56,938 bases of DNA from an uncultured virus (IMG/VR IMGVR_UViG_3300036766_001530) (lineage: Duplodnaviria > Heunggongvirae > Uroviricota > Caudoviricetes), in IMG/VR virus record IMGVR_UViG_3300036766_001530; one strand, written 5' to 3'. The notes under the pieces were generated by a model. That model was given only the letters and a program-made list of their open reading frames with translations, had not been told where the DNA came from and made no database searches. Below are positions 44,846 through 54,987 of the stretch, piece by piece (within the stretch, counting starts at the first letter, position 1; the number at the start of each line of letters is the position of its first letter). Both the position numbers and the translations under genes were made by a program.

Positions 44846-45295
44846 ATGGCCCACACACACGACATCGCCTGCCTCTCCGAGCTGACCCCAGGCGGCAAGC
44901 TCTACTGCAAGGCCACCGGCGTCCAGCTCCTCATGGGAGGCGGCAAGATCAACGAGTGGAGGTCTCCCCCACCGCCGGCCCCCCACGTCGAGCCCAAGAC
45001 CCCGTACTACATGTCCGGCCGCGGCCAATCCTACCGGCTCACCGACGAAGGATGGATCAAGCGGATGGACATGCCGTTCACGCCATCGCCAAGCTGGACC
45101 GTGGTCGCCGTCGTGCAGCGCTGGAACGCCCACCCCAAGTACGGCATCAACGACTGGCCCGCCCTCAAGCGCGAGCTGGACGCCGGCAAGACCGTCACCG
45201 GCTACCTCTACGATCGTGACCACGGATCGCTGCGCATGTGGGGCGGCAGCTACGGCGGCAGGATTCCGAAGGTCACCATCCGGAAGGTCGGCTAG
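44846..45295 (+). CDS. HxH-C-C tag family protein
   Basis: MAHTHDIACLSELTPGGKLYCKATG. Confidence 0.8.
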   Translation: MAHTHDIACLSELTPGGKLYCKATGVQLLMGGGKINEWRSPPPPAPHVEPKTPYYMSGRGQSYRLTDEGWIKRMDMPFTPSPSWTVVAVVQRWNAHPKYGINDWPALKRELDAGKTVTGYLYDRDHGSLRMWGGSYGGRIPKVTIRKVG

Positions 45296-45300
45296 TAAAC

Positions 45301-45822
45301 GTGGCCCACCACCACACCATCGAGTGCATCAGCGACCCTCCGATCCACTGCAAGGTGACCGGCGAGAGCATGACGATGGAGCACAAGTTCAAGCTGCCAT
45401 CCTGGAAAGGCAAGACCCACTCGATCAAGGTCATCACCTCCCGCCACCACATCGGCTACGACGCGCTCGTCATCGCCGATCAGATCGGAATCGTCATGGA
45501 GGAGAACGGCCACGCCAGTCCCGGCGCCGCCTTCAACGCCGCCATGACCCGAGCCCGCGAAACCTACCCCGAAGAGTTCGGAGGCCGCCACCCAAGCGAG
45601 GGACAGCCTGGCAAGCTCACGGCCGACCAGGCCAGGGCCCTCGGCTGGTTCGCGAAAAAGAACGGCCGCACCTGGAAAAGCCAGCTCAACCTCATGTGGC
45701 AGGACGGTCGCGATGCAGATCAGATCGACGGCCACCTGTTGCGCCAGGTGCGCAACAACCTCGGCCCGAGCTGGCTCATCAGAACCTCACTCGCCGACAT
45801 CCAGAAAATCGCAAGGAGCTGA
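45301..45822 (+). CDS. HxH-C-C tag family protein
   Basis: GTG start MAHHHTIECISDPPIHCKVTG. Confidence 0.75.
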   Translation: MAHHHTIECISDPPIHCKVTGESMTMEHKFKLPSWKGKTHSIKVITSRHHIGYDALVIADQIGIVMEENGHASPGAAFNAAMTRARETYPEEFGGRHPSEGQPGKLTADQARALGWFAKKNGRTWKSQLNLMWQDGRDADQIDGHLLRQVRNNLGPSWLIRTSLADIQKIARS

Positions 45823-45826
45823 TCCT

Positions 45827-46126
45827 ATGAAACGCCATGCCCACAGCATCAACTGCCTCAACCGCGTCGGCTCCGCCGTCGTGTGCAACGTCACCGGCCG
45901 ACCCGTCACGACCGGTGCAAAGGCAAACCCGAGGACCCGCGAAAGCTGCGACCGCCTCTTGCGCAAGATCGCCGATCAGCGATCTGTCGCGGCTCGCAAG
46001 GCCATCACCCCGGCCGGCAACGCCAGATACGAGAAACTCAATCGCGAGTACGACCGACTCCAGACGCTCTACTGGACTCTGCCGTACGCGAGCAAGCCCA
46101 GGCACACCAACCCTTCACTCGCCTGA
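45827..46126 (+). CDS. HxH-C-C tag family protein
   Basis: MKRHAHSINCLNRVGSAVVCNVTG. Confidence 0.75.
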   Translation: MKRHAHSINCLNRVGSAVVCNVTGRPVTTGAKANPRTRESCDRLLRKIADQRSVAARKAITPAGNARYEKLNREYDRLQTLYWTLPYASKPRHTNPSLA

Positions 46127-46135
46127 GGAACACCC

Positions 46136-46681
46136 ATGCCCAAGCACACGCACACCTGGGGCTGCCTTCGTGAGATCGGCGGCAAGCTCTACTGCACCGA
46201 GGAGCGAACGGAGGGCAAGCCGAGCCTCGTCAAGAACCCGAAGAAGTCCTACCTCTCGCACCCCCTCCTCTTCCCCGACGCCAAGAAGTTCTCGGACATC
46301 TTCGAGAACCACAGCTTCGACACCGAGAACAAACCGCTGCGCCGCATGTGGACCCACAAGTCCTCGCACATCCCGACGCTCAAGCTCGGTGCCTGGACCT
46401 CCGTCGACGACGGTCCTGCGATGCTCGTCAATCCACACCCGAGCGTGGCCGCTGCCGTCGACAAGGCCCTCGTGGTCGGTGACGACGAGACCTACTGGAA
46501 GCTCACGCGCCGAAGCGGAGGCTCGACCCTCGTCACCGTCCAGTACAACCACATCATCGGCAGCCGATGGATCGCCCTCATCCGGACGAGCACGATCCCA
46601 AAGGACCTGGGCCAGTCGAGGAAGCTCGACGCTTCCGCGAGGAGCGGTCGCAAAGCGACCGCTTCCGTCTCCCGGTCCTAA
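46136..46681 (+). CDS. HxH-C-C tag family protein
   Basis: MPKHTHTWGCLREIGGKLYC. Confidence 0.8.
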   Translation: MPKHTHTWGCLREIGGKLYCTEERTEGKPSLVKNPKKSYLSHPLLFPDAKKFSDIFENHSFDTENKPLRRMWTHKSSHIPTLKLGAWTSVDDGPAMLVNPHPSVAAAVDKALVVGDDETYWKLTRRSGGSTLVTVQYNHIIGSRWIALIRTSTIPKDLGQSRKLDASARSGRKATASVSRS

Positions 46682-46738
46682 GCCAAGGAGAAACCAGCCG
46701 ACTCCGCGACCGACAATAGAACTCACCACCCCCACCAA

Positions 46739-47266
46739 ATGGCCCAGGCCCAGCACATACACAGCATCGCCTGCCTCTCGGCTGTCGGGGGCCGCGTGAC
46801 CTGTTTCTTTGGCGATCAGAAACGAGCCGTGCGCGTTCCCGTCGTGACGCAGATTCCACATCGCAATCGCCCGACCTCGGCTCCCCGACCCTACGACTCG
46901 CGAGCCAGCCTTCCTCGGGGACCCCGGCCGGCGGCCCGCATCCCAAGGACTCCGAAACTCACGCGGGCCCAGCGCGCCGCGCTACCTGACTGGTGCTTTG
47001 CGATCCCGGAGACCCGCGACTACCCGCTCACCGGCAAGCACAAGAACTGGGACCCGTACCAGGCGAAGCTCGCCCTCGCGCAGGTGGCGCGGCTCGCGAG
47101 TCAGAAGGGTCCGAACCCCAAGATCGCCCGCCGCGTGATCGAGCGAATCGCTCGCATCTTCCCCGAGGTCTACCGCTGCGAGCTGGACCTCGTCCAGCGG
47201 ATCGCGATCCGCCATCGGATGAGTCGCGGCGCGACGAATTCCGCTCCGGTCCGAAGAAGGTACTGA
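46739..47266 (+). CDS. HxH-C-C tag family protein
   Basis: MAQAQHIHSIACLSAVGGRVTCFFG; C-terminus supplied by a hairpin element. Confidence 0.75.
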   Translation: MAQAQHIHSIACLSAVGGRVTCFFGDQKRAVRVPVVTQIPHRNRPTSAPRPYDSRASLPRGPRPAARIPRTPKLTRAQRAALPDWCFAIPETRDYPLTGKHKNWDPYQAKLALAQVARLASQKGPNPKIARRVIERIARIFPEVYRCELDLVQRIAIRHRMSRGATNSAPVRRRY

Positions 47267-47625
47267 TGCCCACCCACAAACACTCACTCACCTGCCTGGA
47301 TACCAAGTCCTTCTTCAAGGGCAAGGGAATGCTCTGCAAGGTCACCCACCGCTACGTCAACCTTGATCGTGGCAAGGTCTCCGAGAAATGGCCGTTGCCT
47401 CCACAAGCCCTTCTCGATCTGTTCCGACAATCCGGCAAAGACGTCAGCCGCAAGACACTCCAGGCCGTCCAGCGATTCATCGCCAAGCTCCCGCTCAAGG
47501 ACGAGCACGACAACGCGAGCGCCGCCGCGCACTACCGCAAGATCGCAGCTCGCCACAGTCGGCGAGGTGGCGCTGGCCTCCTTGCCGACGCTTACTACGA
47601 GATCGCCAACCAGCTCTGGAACTGA
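47266..47625 (+). CDS. HxH-C-C tag family protein
   Basis: MPTHKHSLTCLD...MLCKVTH. Confidence 0.75.
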   Translation: MPTHKHSLTCLDTKSFFKGKGMLCKVTHRYVNLDRGKVSEKWPLPPQALLDLFRQSGKDVSRKTLQAVQRFIAKLPLKDEHDNASAAAHYRKIAARHSRRGGAGLLADAYYEIANQLWN

Positions 47626-47630
47626 CCAAC

Positions 47631-48041
47631 ATGAGCCACAACCACCACCACAACCTCTCGTGTCTCGGGGATCTGCCGAACGGCGATCTCTACTGCAAGG
47701 TCACGGGCGCCTCTCGCATGACCGCGGCCGAACGCGAGACGGCCACCGAAGCCCAGCTCGGAAAATCCCGGGCTCGCCTTCGTGGACCCGCGTCCAAGAA
47801 GCCAGCGAAGAGCCGTGCGACGAACGACAAGCGATGGTCCGGCCGCTTCTTCCGAAGCCTCGACAGCATGCGCGAAATGAAGATCACCCACGGGATGCGC
47901 TCGCCTCGCCCACTCAGCCACAAGGCGCAAGAGCTGGCCAGCCGTTACATCGCCGAAGAGATGAAGACCGGCAAGTACGAACGCCAGCAAGCGATCGCAA
48001 TCGGAATCAGCCGAGCCCGCCGTGAAACTGGAGAAGAGTGA
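47631..48041 (+). CDS. HxH-C-C tag family protein
   Basis: MSHNHHHNLSCLGDLPNGDLYCKVTG; the stop codon is the TGA of the element at 48038. Confidence 0.8.
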   Translation: MSHNHHHNLSCLGDLPNGDLYCKVTGASRMTAAERETATEAQLGKSRARLRGPASKKPAKSRATNDKRWSGRFFRSLDSMREMKITHGMRSPRPLSHKAQELASRYIAEEMKTGKYERQQAIAIGISRARRETGEE

Positions 48042-48099
48042 GTCGCGAAGCGACGAACTCCGGTCCGAATCCGGATCTGAACCAAGCAAAGGAAGACGG

Positions 48100-48777
48100 A
48101 TGGCCCACAAGCACAACCTCTCGTGCCTCGACAACTGCCCGAGCCCGGGCCGCAAGGCCAAGAAGACCTCGGCTCCCACCACGACTCCGTCCCTGACCGG
48201 ACAGGAAGCGATCGATCGCATCCGGCTTCTCATCGACGATGAGGAGATCCACATCGACGACAACCGAATCCGGCGCCACTACGCTGCCACCATGTCGACG
48301 CCTCAGATCGGCTCGTTCATCCACGAGCTAGATCGCCAGCTCCACGCCGAGAAGAAACGCCGAACCACGAGCGAGCACGAAGAACGCTGGCGCCAGAATC
48401 TCGTCTGGAGGCTCAACACAACCATCCGAGGTCTCCGCGAAGCTCTCGTCGACCGTCGCGAAGAACAGAAGCGCACACGACTCGCCGAGGGAGCCCGCGC
48501 CGCGGAGGCCACCGGCCGCGAGACCTGCACCTGCGGCCAGCGCCACCCCTACGGAGCGAACTTCTACGTCTCCGTCCAAGACGCCGGCCGCACCGGACTC
48601 CTGCGGGGCCCGTTCAAGACCCACGCTCAGGCCATCGCAGCAATCCCCCAGGCCAAGAAAGAGGCCGAGGCAGCCAACTCGCGAGCGATCTTCTACGCCT
48701 TCGGCACCGTCGCGATGCCCCACAGCTACCGGAAGCCCGGCATCCTCGACACCGACAAGAAGAGAAAGGCGGCCTGA
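48100..48777 (+). CDS. HxH-C-C tag family protein
   Basis: MAHKHNLSCLDNCPSPG, nearly identical to the tag of 39295. Confidence 0.8.
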   Translation: MAHKHNLSCLDNCPSPGRKAKKTSAPTTTPSLTGQEAIDRIRLLIDDEEIHIDDNRIRRHYAATMSTPQIGSFIHELDRQLHAEKKRRTTSEHEERWRQNLVWRLNTTIRGLREALVDRREEQKRTRLAEGARAAEATGRETCTCGQRHPYGANFYVSVQDAGRTGLLRGPFKTHAQAIAAIPQAKKEAEAANSRAIFYAFGTVAMPHSYRKPGILDTDKKRKAA

Positions 48778-48780
48778 CCC

Positions 48781-49674
48781 ATGCACCACGAAGCGTCAAC
48801 CGCCATCCTCGGGCGCGAGAAGAAACTCGCGATTCACTTCCCCGAGATCCAATTTCTCCCGAGCGAGACCAGGCACGTCAAGGCCGCCGTCCACGGATTC
48901 TTCCTCGGGCGTCATCTCGTCATCGAACCAACAGCGCCCAGGGACAACCCGTTCCTGCTCTACGACATCCGCGTCGGCCGCAATTCCCAGATCGCAGCGA
49001 CCGGCTGAATGGACTCGCGCGCTTTCGCTCCACTACCCAAGGAGATCATGGCCAAGCTGGTCGAGCGTGACGACGCCAACGAGATCGTGAAGCTCCTCTA
49101 CAACCTCGGCAGAACCGCCGACTGGGCCCAGCTAGGAATCGATCTCACCCTCGTCGCCGGCCGAGACGACGATCACCACGGCGAGCCCATCCCGTTCCGG
49201 GCTCGCATCTATGGCGACTCTGTCGAACTCCCCGAGCATGCTCCACAAGATCGCCTGCCTCCAGGTGAGATTCATTCGAGCGGCCCCCAACAGACGATCT
49301 TGCCGTTCTACCAGGAGTTCAAACGCGGCGAGACGATCAGGGTCAAGAACCGGCCCCAGATCATCGTCGGAGGCCGAAGGCTCGTCTACGGAGGGCTCCC
49401 CGGAGAGTTCGTCCTGCGCGACATCCTGGTCGGAGCCGACTCCTTCTGGAAAGGCAAAGGCCGCAAGGCGACCCCGATGGAGGAGTTCGCGCCTGTTCCT
49501 CCGAAAGCTCGCGAGGCGATCTTGGCCGGCTCTCCACCAAGCGAGATCGCCCACACCATCGAGAACGCCAAGATCGGAACCGCCGCCCCCTCGATCGAGG
49601 CGGCCCTCCTCGTGGAGTGCGTCGGCAAGGGAGGCCTCTTCCTCTCGCACCTCGTCGGCGATATGTCCCTCTAG
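48781..49674 (+). CDS. Two-domain paralog of the capsid candidate, interrupted by an in-frame TGA (49006-49008)
   Basis: FLLYDIRVGRNSQIAATG* vs capsid FQVLDVKVGKNSQFTASG; second unit RPQII...FVLRDILVG; 48781 and 49009 share a frame. Confidence 0.6.
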
Positions 49675-49746
49675 GGATAGAGGAATAGCGCACATCCCGA
49701 AACGAAATAGAGTAAAGTCAAGAGGCAGCCGGAAAGCGAGCGAATT

Positions 49747-50673
49747 TTGGCCGGAGTAACCGACTACTACAGCATGGGGTGCGACGACGACGACGTCGTC
49801 GGCGCCGCAGATCCGCTTGCCCAGGCGACAGCCCGCGTCCGCAAGGACATGCAGAAGACCTCCGACATCATGGCGGAGGTCAACGGCAAAATCGCAGGAT
49901 CGTCCGTCCGCCAGCCGTTCAAGGACATCTGGTCGGACTTCTACTCGCGCTGGCTCGACTACACGAAGGGCAACCCGGTCCTCAAGTCAAACGGCCGCCC
50001 GACCACCATCACCAACTCCGAGCTGGGCACGATCGAAGACGCCGTTCTCGACTACCGGCGCCGCGCTCTCCTCATGTACGAGGCGTGGAAAAAGGAAACC
50101 TACCGAGACCGCGAAGCGAAGACCGACGGCCAGGGACGCACGGAGCTTTTCGACCCGAAGAACGTCGACAAGTGGAAGGCCGCCAAGTGGGGTCTCGGAC
50201 TCCTCGCTCTCGTCGGCACCGTCTGGGGCACCCGCAAGCTCCTCATGAACTGGCAAGACGAGCGCCGCGAGAAGCAGAAGGGCGAACGCGAGGACAAGCG
50301 CCTCGAACGACTCGAACGCCTCGGTCTCATCGAGCCCATGCAGAACTCCGGAGGCCAGCCCAGCCAGGTCGCCTCGCCCACCGTTACGCCGGTGACGATC
50401 GTGATGCCCCAGGGCGCCATGTTCGCCGGACCTCCCCAGGTCTCCGTCTCGACGCCCTATCCGCCACCACCGCCGCAGTACCAGCAGCAGCCCCAGCAGC
50501 AGCTCGGTCCCGAGAGCGCCCGCGACATCGCCACGCGCGTCATGCGTGCCCTGCCGCCCACGCCTCCGCCACTCTTCCCTCGCGGACACAAAGAGCCACC
50601 CGCCGAGCCGGGCGACTTCGAGGAGCTTCCAGACGGATTCGGGTTCGGACACCCAGAGCCACAGGGGTACTAG
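49747..50673 (+). CDS. Membrane protein with Pro/Gln-rich tail
   Basis: DDDDVVG N-terminal motif; TM WGLGLLALVGTVWG; start may be ATG 49774. Confidence 0.75.
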   Translation: MAGVTDYYSMGCDDDDVVGAADPLAQATARVRKDMQKTSDIMAEVNGKIAGSSVRQPFKDIWSDFYSRWLDYTKGNPVLKSNGRPTTITNSELGTIEDAVLDYRRRALLMYEAWKKETYRDREAKTDGQGRTELFDPKNVDKWKAAKWGLGLLALVGTVWGTRKLLMNWQDERREKQKGEREDKRLERLERLGLIEPMQNSGGQPSQVASPTVTPVTIVMPQGAMFAGPPQVSVSTPYPPPPPQYQQQPQQQLGPESARDIATRVMRALPPTPPPLFPRGHKEPPAEPGDFEELPDGFGFGHPEPQGY

Positions 50674-50676
50674 ACC

Positions 50677-51378
50677 ATGGCTCGCGAGATGGAAACCGAG
50701 CTTCGAGCGGCGCCGCCCGCGACCCCCTCGCAGGTAGTCGCTAAGGCCACCCAGCTCCAGGAGACCCGCTCGCCATTCCAGGGCGAAATCGAAAAAGTCG
50801 CTCGCGGCTTCCCCAACTCCTTCACGCCAAGGAGCATCCAACCGGTCCTCAGAGAAGCTCTCAAGTTCGCCGAAGAGCGCGTCACCAGGGTCAAGGCCTA
50901 CCGGTACGGATCTATCCTCACTCCGTTCGGCCTTCCCGGCGGGTACACGGAGAGCTGGCTGAACAAGATCATCCACTGGTCAGGATCGACCTCGGCTGAG
51001 TCCATGCAGCGCGAAGCCGAATCGGCCCGAGATGGTCTGCTAGCTCTCGCCAGGTGGTCGATCGCCGACAAGTCCGGTCAGGTCTTCCGCAACGGCATCG
51101 ACAGAGAGTTCGAGGTCGTTCGCCAGGCCGTGTTCCGGCCCTACGTGAATGCAGCCGGCTTCGAGGGGGGCAAAGACCCCGGACCAGTCGCCAGCCTCGC
51201 CCGTCTCGGCGAGTCGTTCAAGGAAGCCCTCAAGTACGACATCCCGGACATGTGGGAGAAGGCCAAACCCTGGCTCATCTTCGGAGGAGCCGTGGTCGGG
51301 CTCGCAGCAGCAGCCAACATCTACGGAGCCTCCAGGAGCCACCGGCCCCGAGCCCAAGCCCAAGCCTCAAGGATCTGA
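50677..51378 (+). CDS. Protein with C-terminal membrane anchor
   Basis: PWLIFGGAVVGLAAAANIY. Confidence 0.75.
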   Translation: MAREMETELRAAPPATPSQVVAKATQLQETRSPFQGEIEKVARGFPNSFTPRSIQPVLREALKFAEERVTRVKAYRYGSILTPFGLPGGYTESWLNKIIHWSGSTSAESMQREAESARDGLLALARWSIADKSGQVFRNGIDREFEVVRQAVFRPYVNAAGFEGGKDPGPVASLARLGESFKEALKYDIPDMWEKAKPWLIFGGAVVGLAAAANIYGASRSHRPRAQAQASRI

Positions 51379-51380
51379 CC

Positions 51381-52079
51381 ATGCCGATGCCAAAGAAATG
51401 GGACACGAACGTCGCCGAAGCACTGATGCACCTCCAAGCTCGCTACGCCCACCTCTCGGCGATGGCCGAGCGAGCCATCAAGACGTCGCGTCAGACCGGG
51501 CAGAAGGTCCCCGACGCTTTCATCCACCCCTACAGCCTGGCCGTCAGCGACTACCGGAAGTTCGGCAGCGATCTGTTCGACACCATGGGCAAGAAAGGAC
51601 TCTCGGTCGAGCAGGTCATCTGGCGCCACGGAAAGCCTGAGCCAGATCCGACCGACCCCAAGAAGTTCCGCACTGTCAAGATCGCCGCCCCGCTCGTTCC
51701 TCCTGTCTTCTCCGGCGTGGCCGGCATGGTTGGAGAAACCGAAGTCGGAATCTTCCCGGTTGGAGCTGTCGTCATCGGAGGCCTGGTCGTGGTCGGCACC
51801 GCCATCGGAGGCTACTTCGCCGTCAAGGCGCTCCACGAAATCCGGATCGGAATCACGGGACCCGACTACAATCCTGACAAGCAGGCCGAAGCCTCTCTCA
51901 AGCTCTTCGAGGGACTCAGAAGGACGGGGCTCTCACCAGAGCAGTCCGCCGAGTTGACCAAGCAAGGAACCACACCGCCTCCGAACAAGGGAGTCGGCAT
52001 CGGCGGCGTCGTCCTCGGAGCCGCCGCCATCCTCGGCGGCGCCTACGCCATCACCCACTGGCCGAAGAAAGCCGCCTAA
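51381..52079 (+). CDS. Two-TM virion membrane protein
   Basis: GMVGETEVG-IFPVGAVVIGG; second TM at the C-terminus. Confidence 0.75.
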   Translation: MPMPKKWDTNVAEALMHLQARYAHLSAMAERAIKTSRQTGQKVPDAFIHPYSLAVSDYRKFGSDLFDTMGKKGLSVEQVIWRHGKPEPDPTDPKKFRTVKIAAPLVPPVFSGVAGMVGETEVGIFPVGAVVIGGLVVVGTAIGGYFAVKALHEIRIGITGPDYNPDKQAEASLKLFEGLRRTGLSPEQSAELTKQGTTPPPNKGVGIGGVVLGAAAILGGAYAITHWPKKAA

Positions 52080-52169
52080 CGACCGGCACCGAAATGACGA
52101 TCAACCCCACATCCTCCGACAGCCGAAATTCTTGGCAATTTCGGCTCACCGGAGTAGGGTAAGCGCAAA

Positions 52170-53114
52170 ATGGGCGCCGATACCCAGGAATACATACGCC
52201 GCAAGATCGCCTCGTGGGTGCAGCGACAGTTCTACAAGCCGAACCCGCGCTTCGGCACCTGCGAGAAGATCATCCTGCGCCACATGCGAGCTGACGGAGT
52301 CGCGAACTCCGAGGTCTACACATACATGGCGGAGGGTGGCGATCCGTCCCAGCTTCCTCCTCCCGAGTTCGACCTCGTACTCGGTGAGATCACGATGGCA
52401 GCCGCCGAGCACGCCGATGGCTTCGGCTCCGGCGTCCAGCGCTATGCGCTCTACTCCTACTTCACCCAGCTCCCGACATCTCCGTCCTGTTTCCCCTTCC
52501 TGATCCAGAGCGAGATGATCGAGGCCAGCGCGGACGCCATGCCGACCGAGCCGGCGACCAAGGAAGGCATGCTCTCCATGCAGATGCGTCACAACGACGC
52601 GATCATGCGGACGAGCGTCATGTCGATGGGAGGTGTCGTCCAGGCCCTCCAGAGGAATCTCGAACGCTTCGCCTCTCACAACGAAAAGCTCATCGACGAT
52701 CGCATGGGAACGCTCCACCTCATCGAGGACCTCATCAACGGCAAGCACGAGCGCGATCTCGACGTCAAGCGCGAAGAATTCAAGATGGGTCTCCAGACGG
52801 AGCTGCTCGACAAGGTCAAGATCCTGTTGCCGTTCATGGTCAACAAGATGGTCGGCAAGCCGGTCCTGCCCGAGCCGACCACCCCCGAGGCGATTCTCGT
52901 TCGCTCGATCGTCGAGACGCTCACGGTCGATCAGGTCTCGAAGCTCAAGGGTGTGCTGACGCCCGAACAGCTCATCGGCATGATGGAGCTGGCCGAACAG
53001 ATGGTGAAGCAGTCCGGCGAGAAGCCCGGCATGTCCAACGTGCCGAAGCTCCACGCTGTCGCACTCCAAGGTCTCGAAGGAGGAGAAGCGGCAGCCGCCG
53101 GCCAGAAGTTGTAG
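52170..53114 (+). CDS. Hypothetical protein
   Basis: 314-aa ORF with typical codon bias; helical C-terminal half. Confidence 0.8.
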   Translation: MGADTQEYIRRKIASWVQRQFYKPNPRFGTCEKIILRHMRADGVANSEVYTYMAEGGDPSQLPPPEFDLVLGEITMAAAEHADGFGSGVQRYALYSYFTQLPTSPSCFPFLIQSEMIEASADAMPTEPATKEGMLSMQMRHNDAIMRTSVMSMGGVVQALQRNLERFASHNEKLIDDRMGTLHLIEDLINGKHERDLDVKREEFKMGLQTELLDKVKILLPFMVNKMVGKPVLPEPTTPEAILVRSIVETLTVDQVSKLKGVLTPEQLIGMMELAEQMVKQSGEKPGMSNVPKLHAVALQGLEGGEAAAAGQKL

Positions 53115-53246
53115 AATCCCTATCCACAGCGACCGGTCGCCCCACGATCCGGTTGCTACATCGTCCCGAAAAGGACGCCCAGGTCGGCCCGGGAAAGAGG
53201 CTGGCAGAAAGAGAAGGCCCACAGACACAAACAAGGAGCGATCGAC

Positions 53247-54107
53247 ATGGGAGCCAATTTCTTCCTTCCACTGCCACCGATTCCCGCGGGGGCGAGCGGG
53301 GCACAGGTGCCCATCGACCTCAACGCCCTCGTCCCATTCACGGGACTCAACGAGCATCTGACGTTCATCTGCAAGGGCGACGTCGTCGATGGCTACATCG
53401 CGATCGAAGGCAGTCCGGACGGGATCACCTACGATGGTCTCTGCCAGTTCACCTTCGGCTCCGATGCCGATGGGAACCCCGGGCCGGCCCTCGAACCGAA
53501 GATGGACGTCATCGACGCGACCGTCCGGTTCCTCCGCACCTTCGTCTTCGCCAACGTACGCGGCACGACCTCCGTGTCCGTCGCCGGAGAGCAGAACTGC
53601 GATTGCTCCGAAGGCCAGATCGGCCCCCCAGGCCCCCAGGGACCCGCAGGGCCTCCGGGACCTCCAGGACCTCCGGGCAGCAACCTCGGGTTCGCCTTCT
53701 TCTTCGCCAACCCGGTCGGGCCGTTCGCGCCCATCGCCATCGACGCTGCGGTCCCGTTCGACCAGGACGGTCCAGCGTCCGGAGGTATCGTCAGGGCGGG
53801 TCCGGACTCCTTCATCCTTCCGGCGGCAGGTGTCTACGACATCAGTTGGCAGGTCTCGATCGATGAGCCCGGCCAGCTCGCTCTCTTCGTCGGCGACGGT
53901 GGTCCACTCCTGTTCCAGCCCCAGACGCTCGCCGGTCGGGCCACCGGCACAAACCAGATCACGAACCGCGTCATCATCCAGGTGGCCAGCCCCGGCGCTC
54001 TCATCGCGGTCGTCAACCACTCCAGCCCCGCGGCGATCACCCTGACGCCACTGCCCGGCGGCACCTCCGCCGGATCGACGTCACTCGTCATCGTCCGCTT
54101 GGCCTAA
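53247..54107 (+). CDS. Spike protein: shared base module + collagen repeats + BclA C-terminal-like domain
   Basis: GPP/GPQ triplets; VPFDQDGP...G.Y.I.WQVSIDEPGQL...GRATGTNQI...SLVIVRLA resembles BclA-CTD. Confidence 0.8.
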   Translation: MGANFFLPLPPIPAGASGAQVPIDLNALVPFTGLNEHLTFICKGDVVDGYIAIEGSPDGITYDGLCQFTFGSDADGNPGPALEPKMDVIDATVRFLRTFVFANVRGTTSVSVAGEQNCDCSEGQIGPPGPQGPAGPPGPPGPPGSNLGFAFFFANPVGPFAPIAIDAAVPFDQDGPASGGIVRAGPDSFILPAAGVYDISWQVSIDEPGQLALFVGDGGPLLFQPQTLAGRATGTNQITNRVIIQVASPGALIAVVNHSSPAAITLTPLPGGTSAGSTSLVIVRLA

Positions 54108-54138
54108 AGCCAGGCCAAAACCAAAAGGAAACTGACCA

Positions 54139-54933
54139 ATGGGAAACAACTTCTTCCTCCCGCTCCCTCCGATCCTGGCTGGAGCAAGTGGGGCGCAGGC
54201 CCCCATCGACCTCAACGCTCTCGTCCCGACCACGGGGCTCAACGAGCATCTGACGTTCATCTGCAAGGGTGACGTCACCGATGGCTACATCGCCATCGAA
54301 GGCAGCCCCAATGGCATCACCTACGACGGCCTCGGCCAATTCACCTTCGGCTCCGACGCCGATGGTATGCCGGGCCCGGCTCTGGAGCCCAAGCTCCTCG
54401 TCGTCGACGCGACCGTGAGGTTCATCCGGACCTTCGTTCAGGCCAACGTCCGGGCCACTACCGCGGTCACGGTCGCTGGTGAACAGAACTGCGACTGCAT
54501 CTCAGGTGGTGGAGCGCCCAGCCAGAGCTGTCCCGACATCACCCTCGACGAAGATGGTGAGCGATCCTCCACTGGAGGAGCCGAAGACATCGTCGCCGAG
54601 TGGTACGTCGACATGTCAACGATCGCTCAAATCGGCCTCACCATGGGAGCCTTCTTCAGCGGCATCATGAGGACGGCCGGTGGCCAGCCGGGCAACCTCG
54701 CGAGACTCCGTGTCGGCTCCTCGGCGCCCGGGGTCGCCGACGGCCTCATCGTCGGCACGCTCACGACAGCCAATGTCGTGGACACCCCGCTCGCAACCCA
54801 GAGCACTCCACCAAACCCGGGAGGTCCTGTGCTCGTCCAGGTCACCCTCCAGGCTGCTGGCCCCAACGGAGGGGGCGACACTGTCTTCCTGCGTGGATTC
54901 GTCGCGCAGTTCTCTTGCCCCATCTTCAACTGA
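54139..54933 (+). CDS. Spike protein paralog with the same ~120-aa base module and a different head
   Basis: Near-identical to 53247 up to GEQNCDC. Confidence 0.8.
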   Translation: MGNNFFLPLPPILAGASGAQAPIDLNALVPTTGLNEHLTFICKGDVTDGYIAIEGSPNGITYDGLGQFTFGSDADGMPGPALEPKLLVVDATVRFIRTFVQANVRATTAVTVAGEQNCDCISGGGAPSQSCPDITLDEDGERSSTGGAEDIVAEWYVDMSTIAQIGLTMGAFFSGIMRTAGGQPGNLARLRVGSSAPGVADGLIVGTLTTANVVDTPLATQSTPPNPGGPVLVQVTLQAAGPNGGGDTVFLRGFVAQFSCPIFN

Positions 54934-54987
54934 TCTGCCCGACAACCGCAAACCTCTTCCACAACTCGAACCACAGGAGATTCCATC

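Noticed and set aside
49006..49008. Selenocysteine or genome-wide TGA recoding
   Set aside because: The aligned residue in the paralog is Ser, no SECIS was recognised, and TGA terminates many coupled genes
52146..54020. 624-aa - strand ORF and other long antisense ORFs (e.g. 13864-15027)
   Set aside because: Shadows of + strand genes that have RBSs, coupling and recognisable motifs
53247..54498. DGR template/variable repeat pair
   Set aside because: Differences are mostly synonymous and not adenine-specific, the repeat is N-terminal, and no RT is seen
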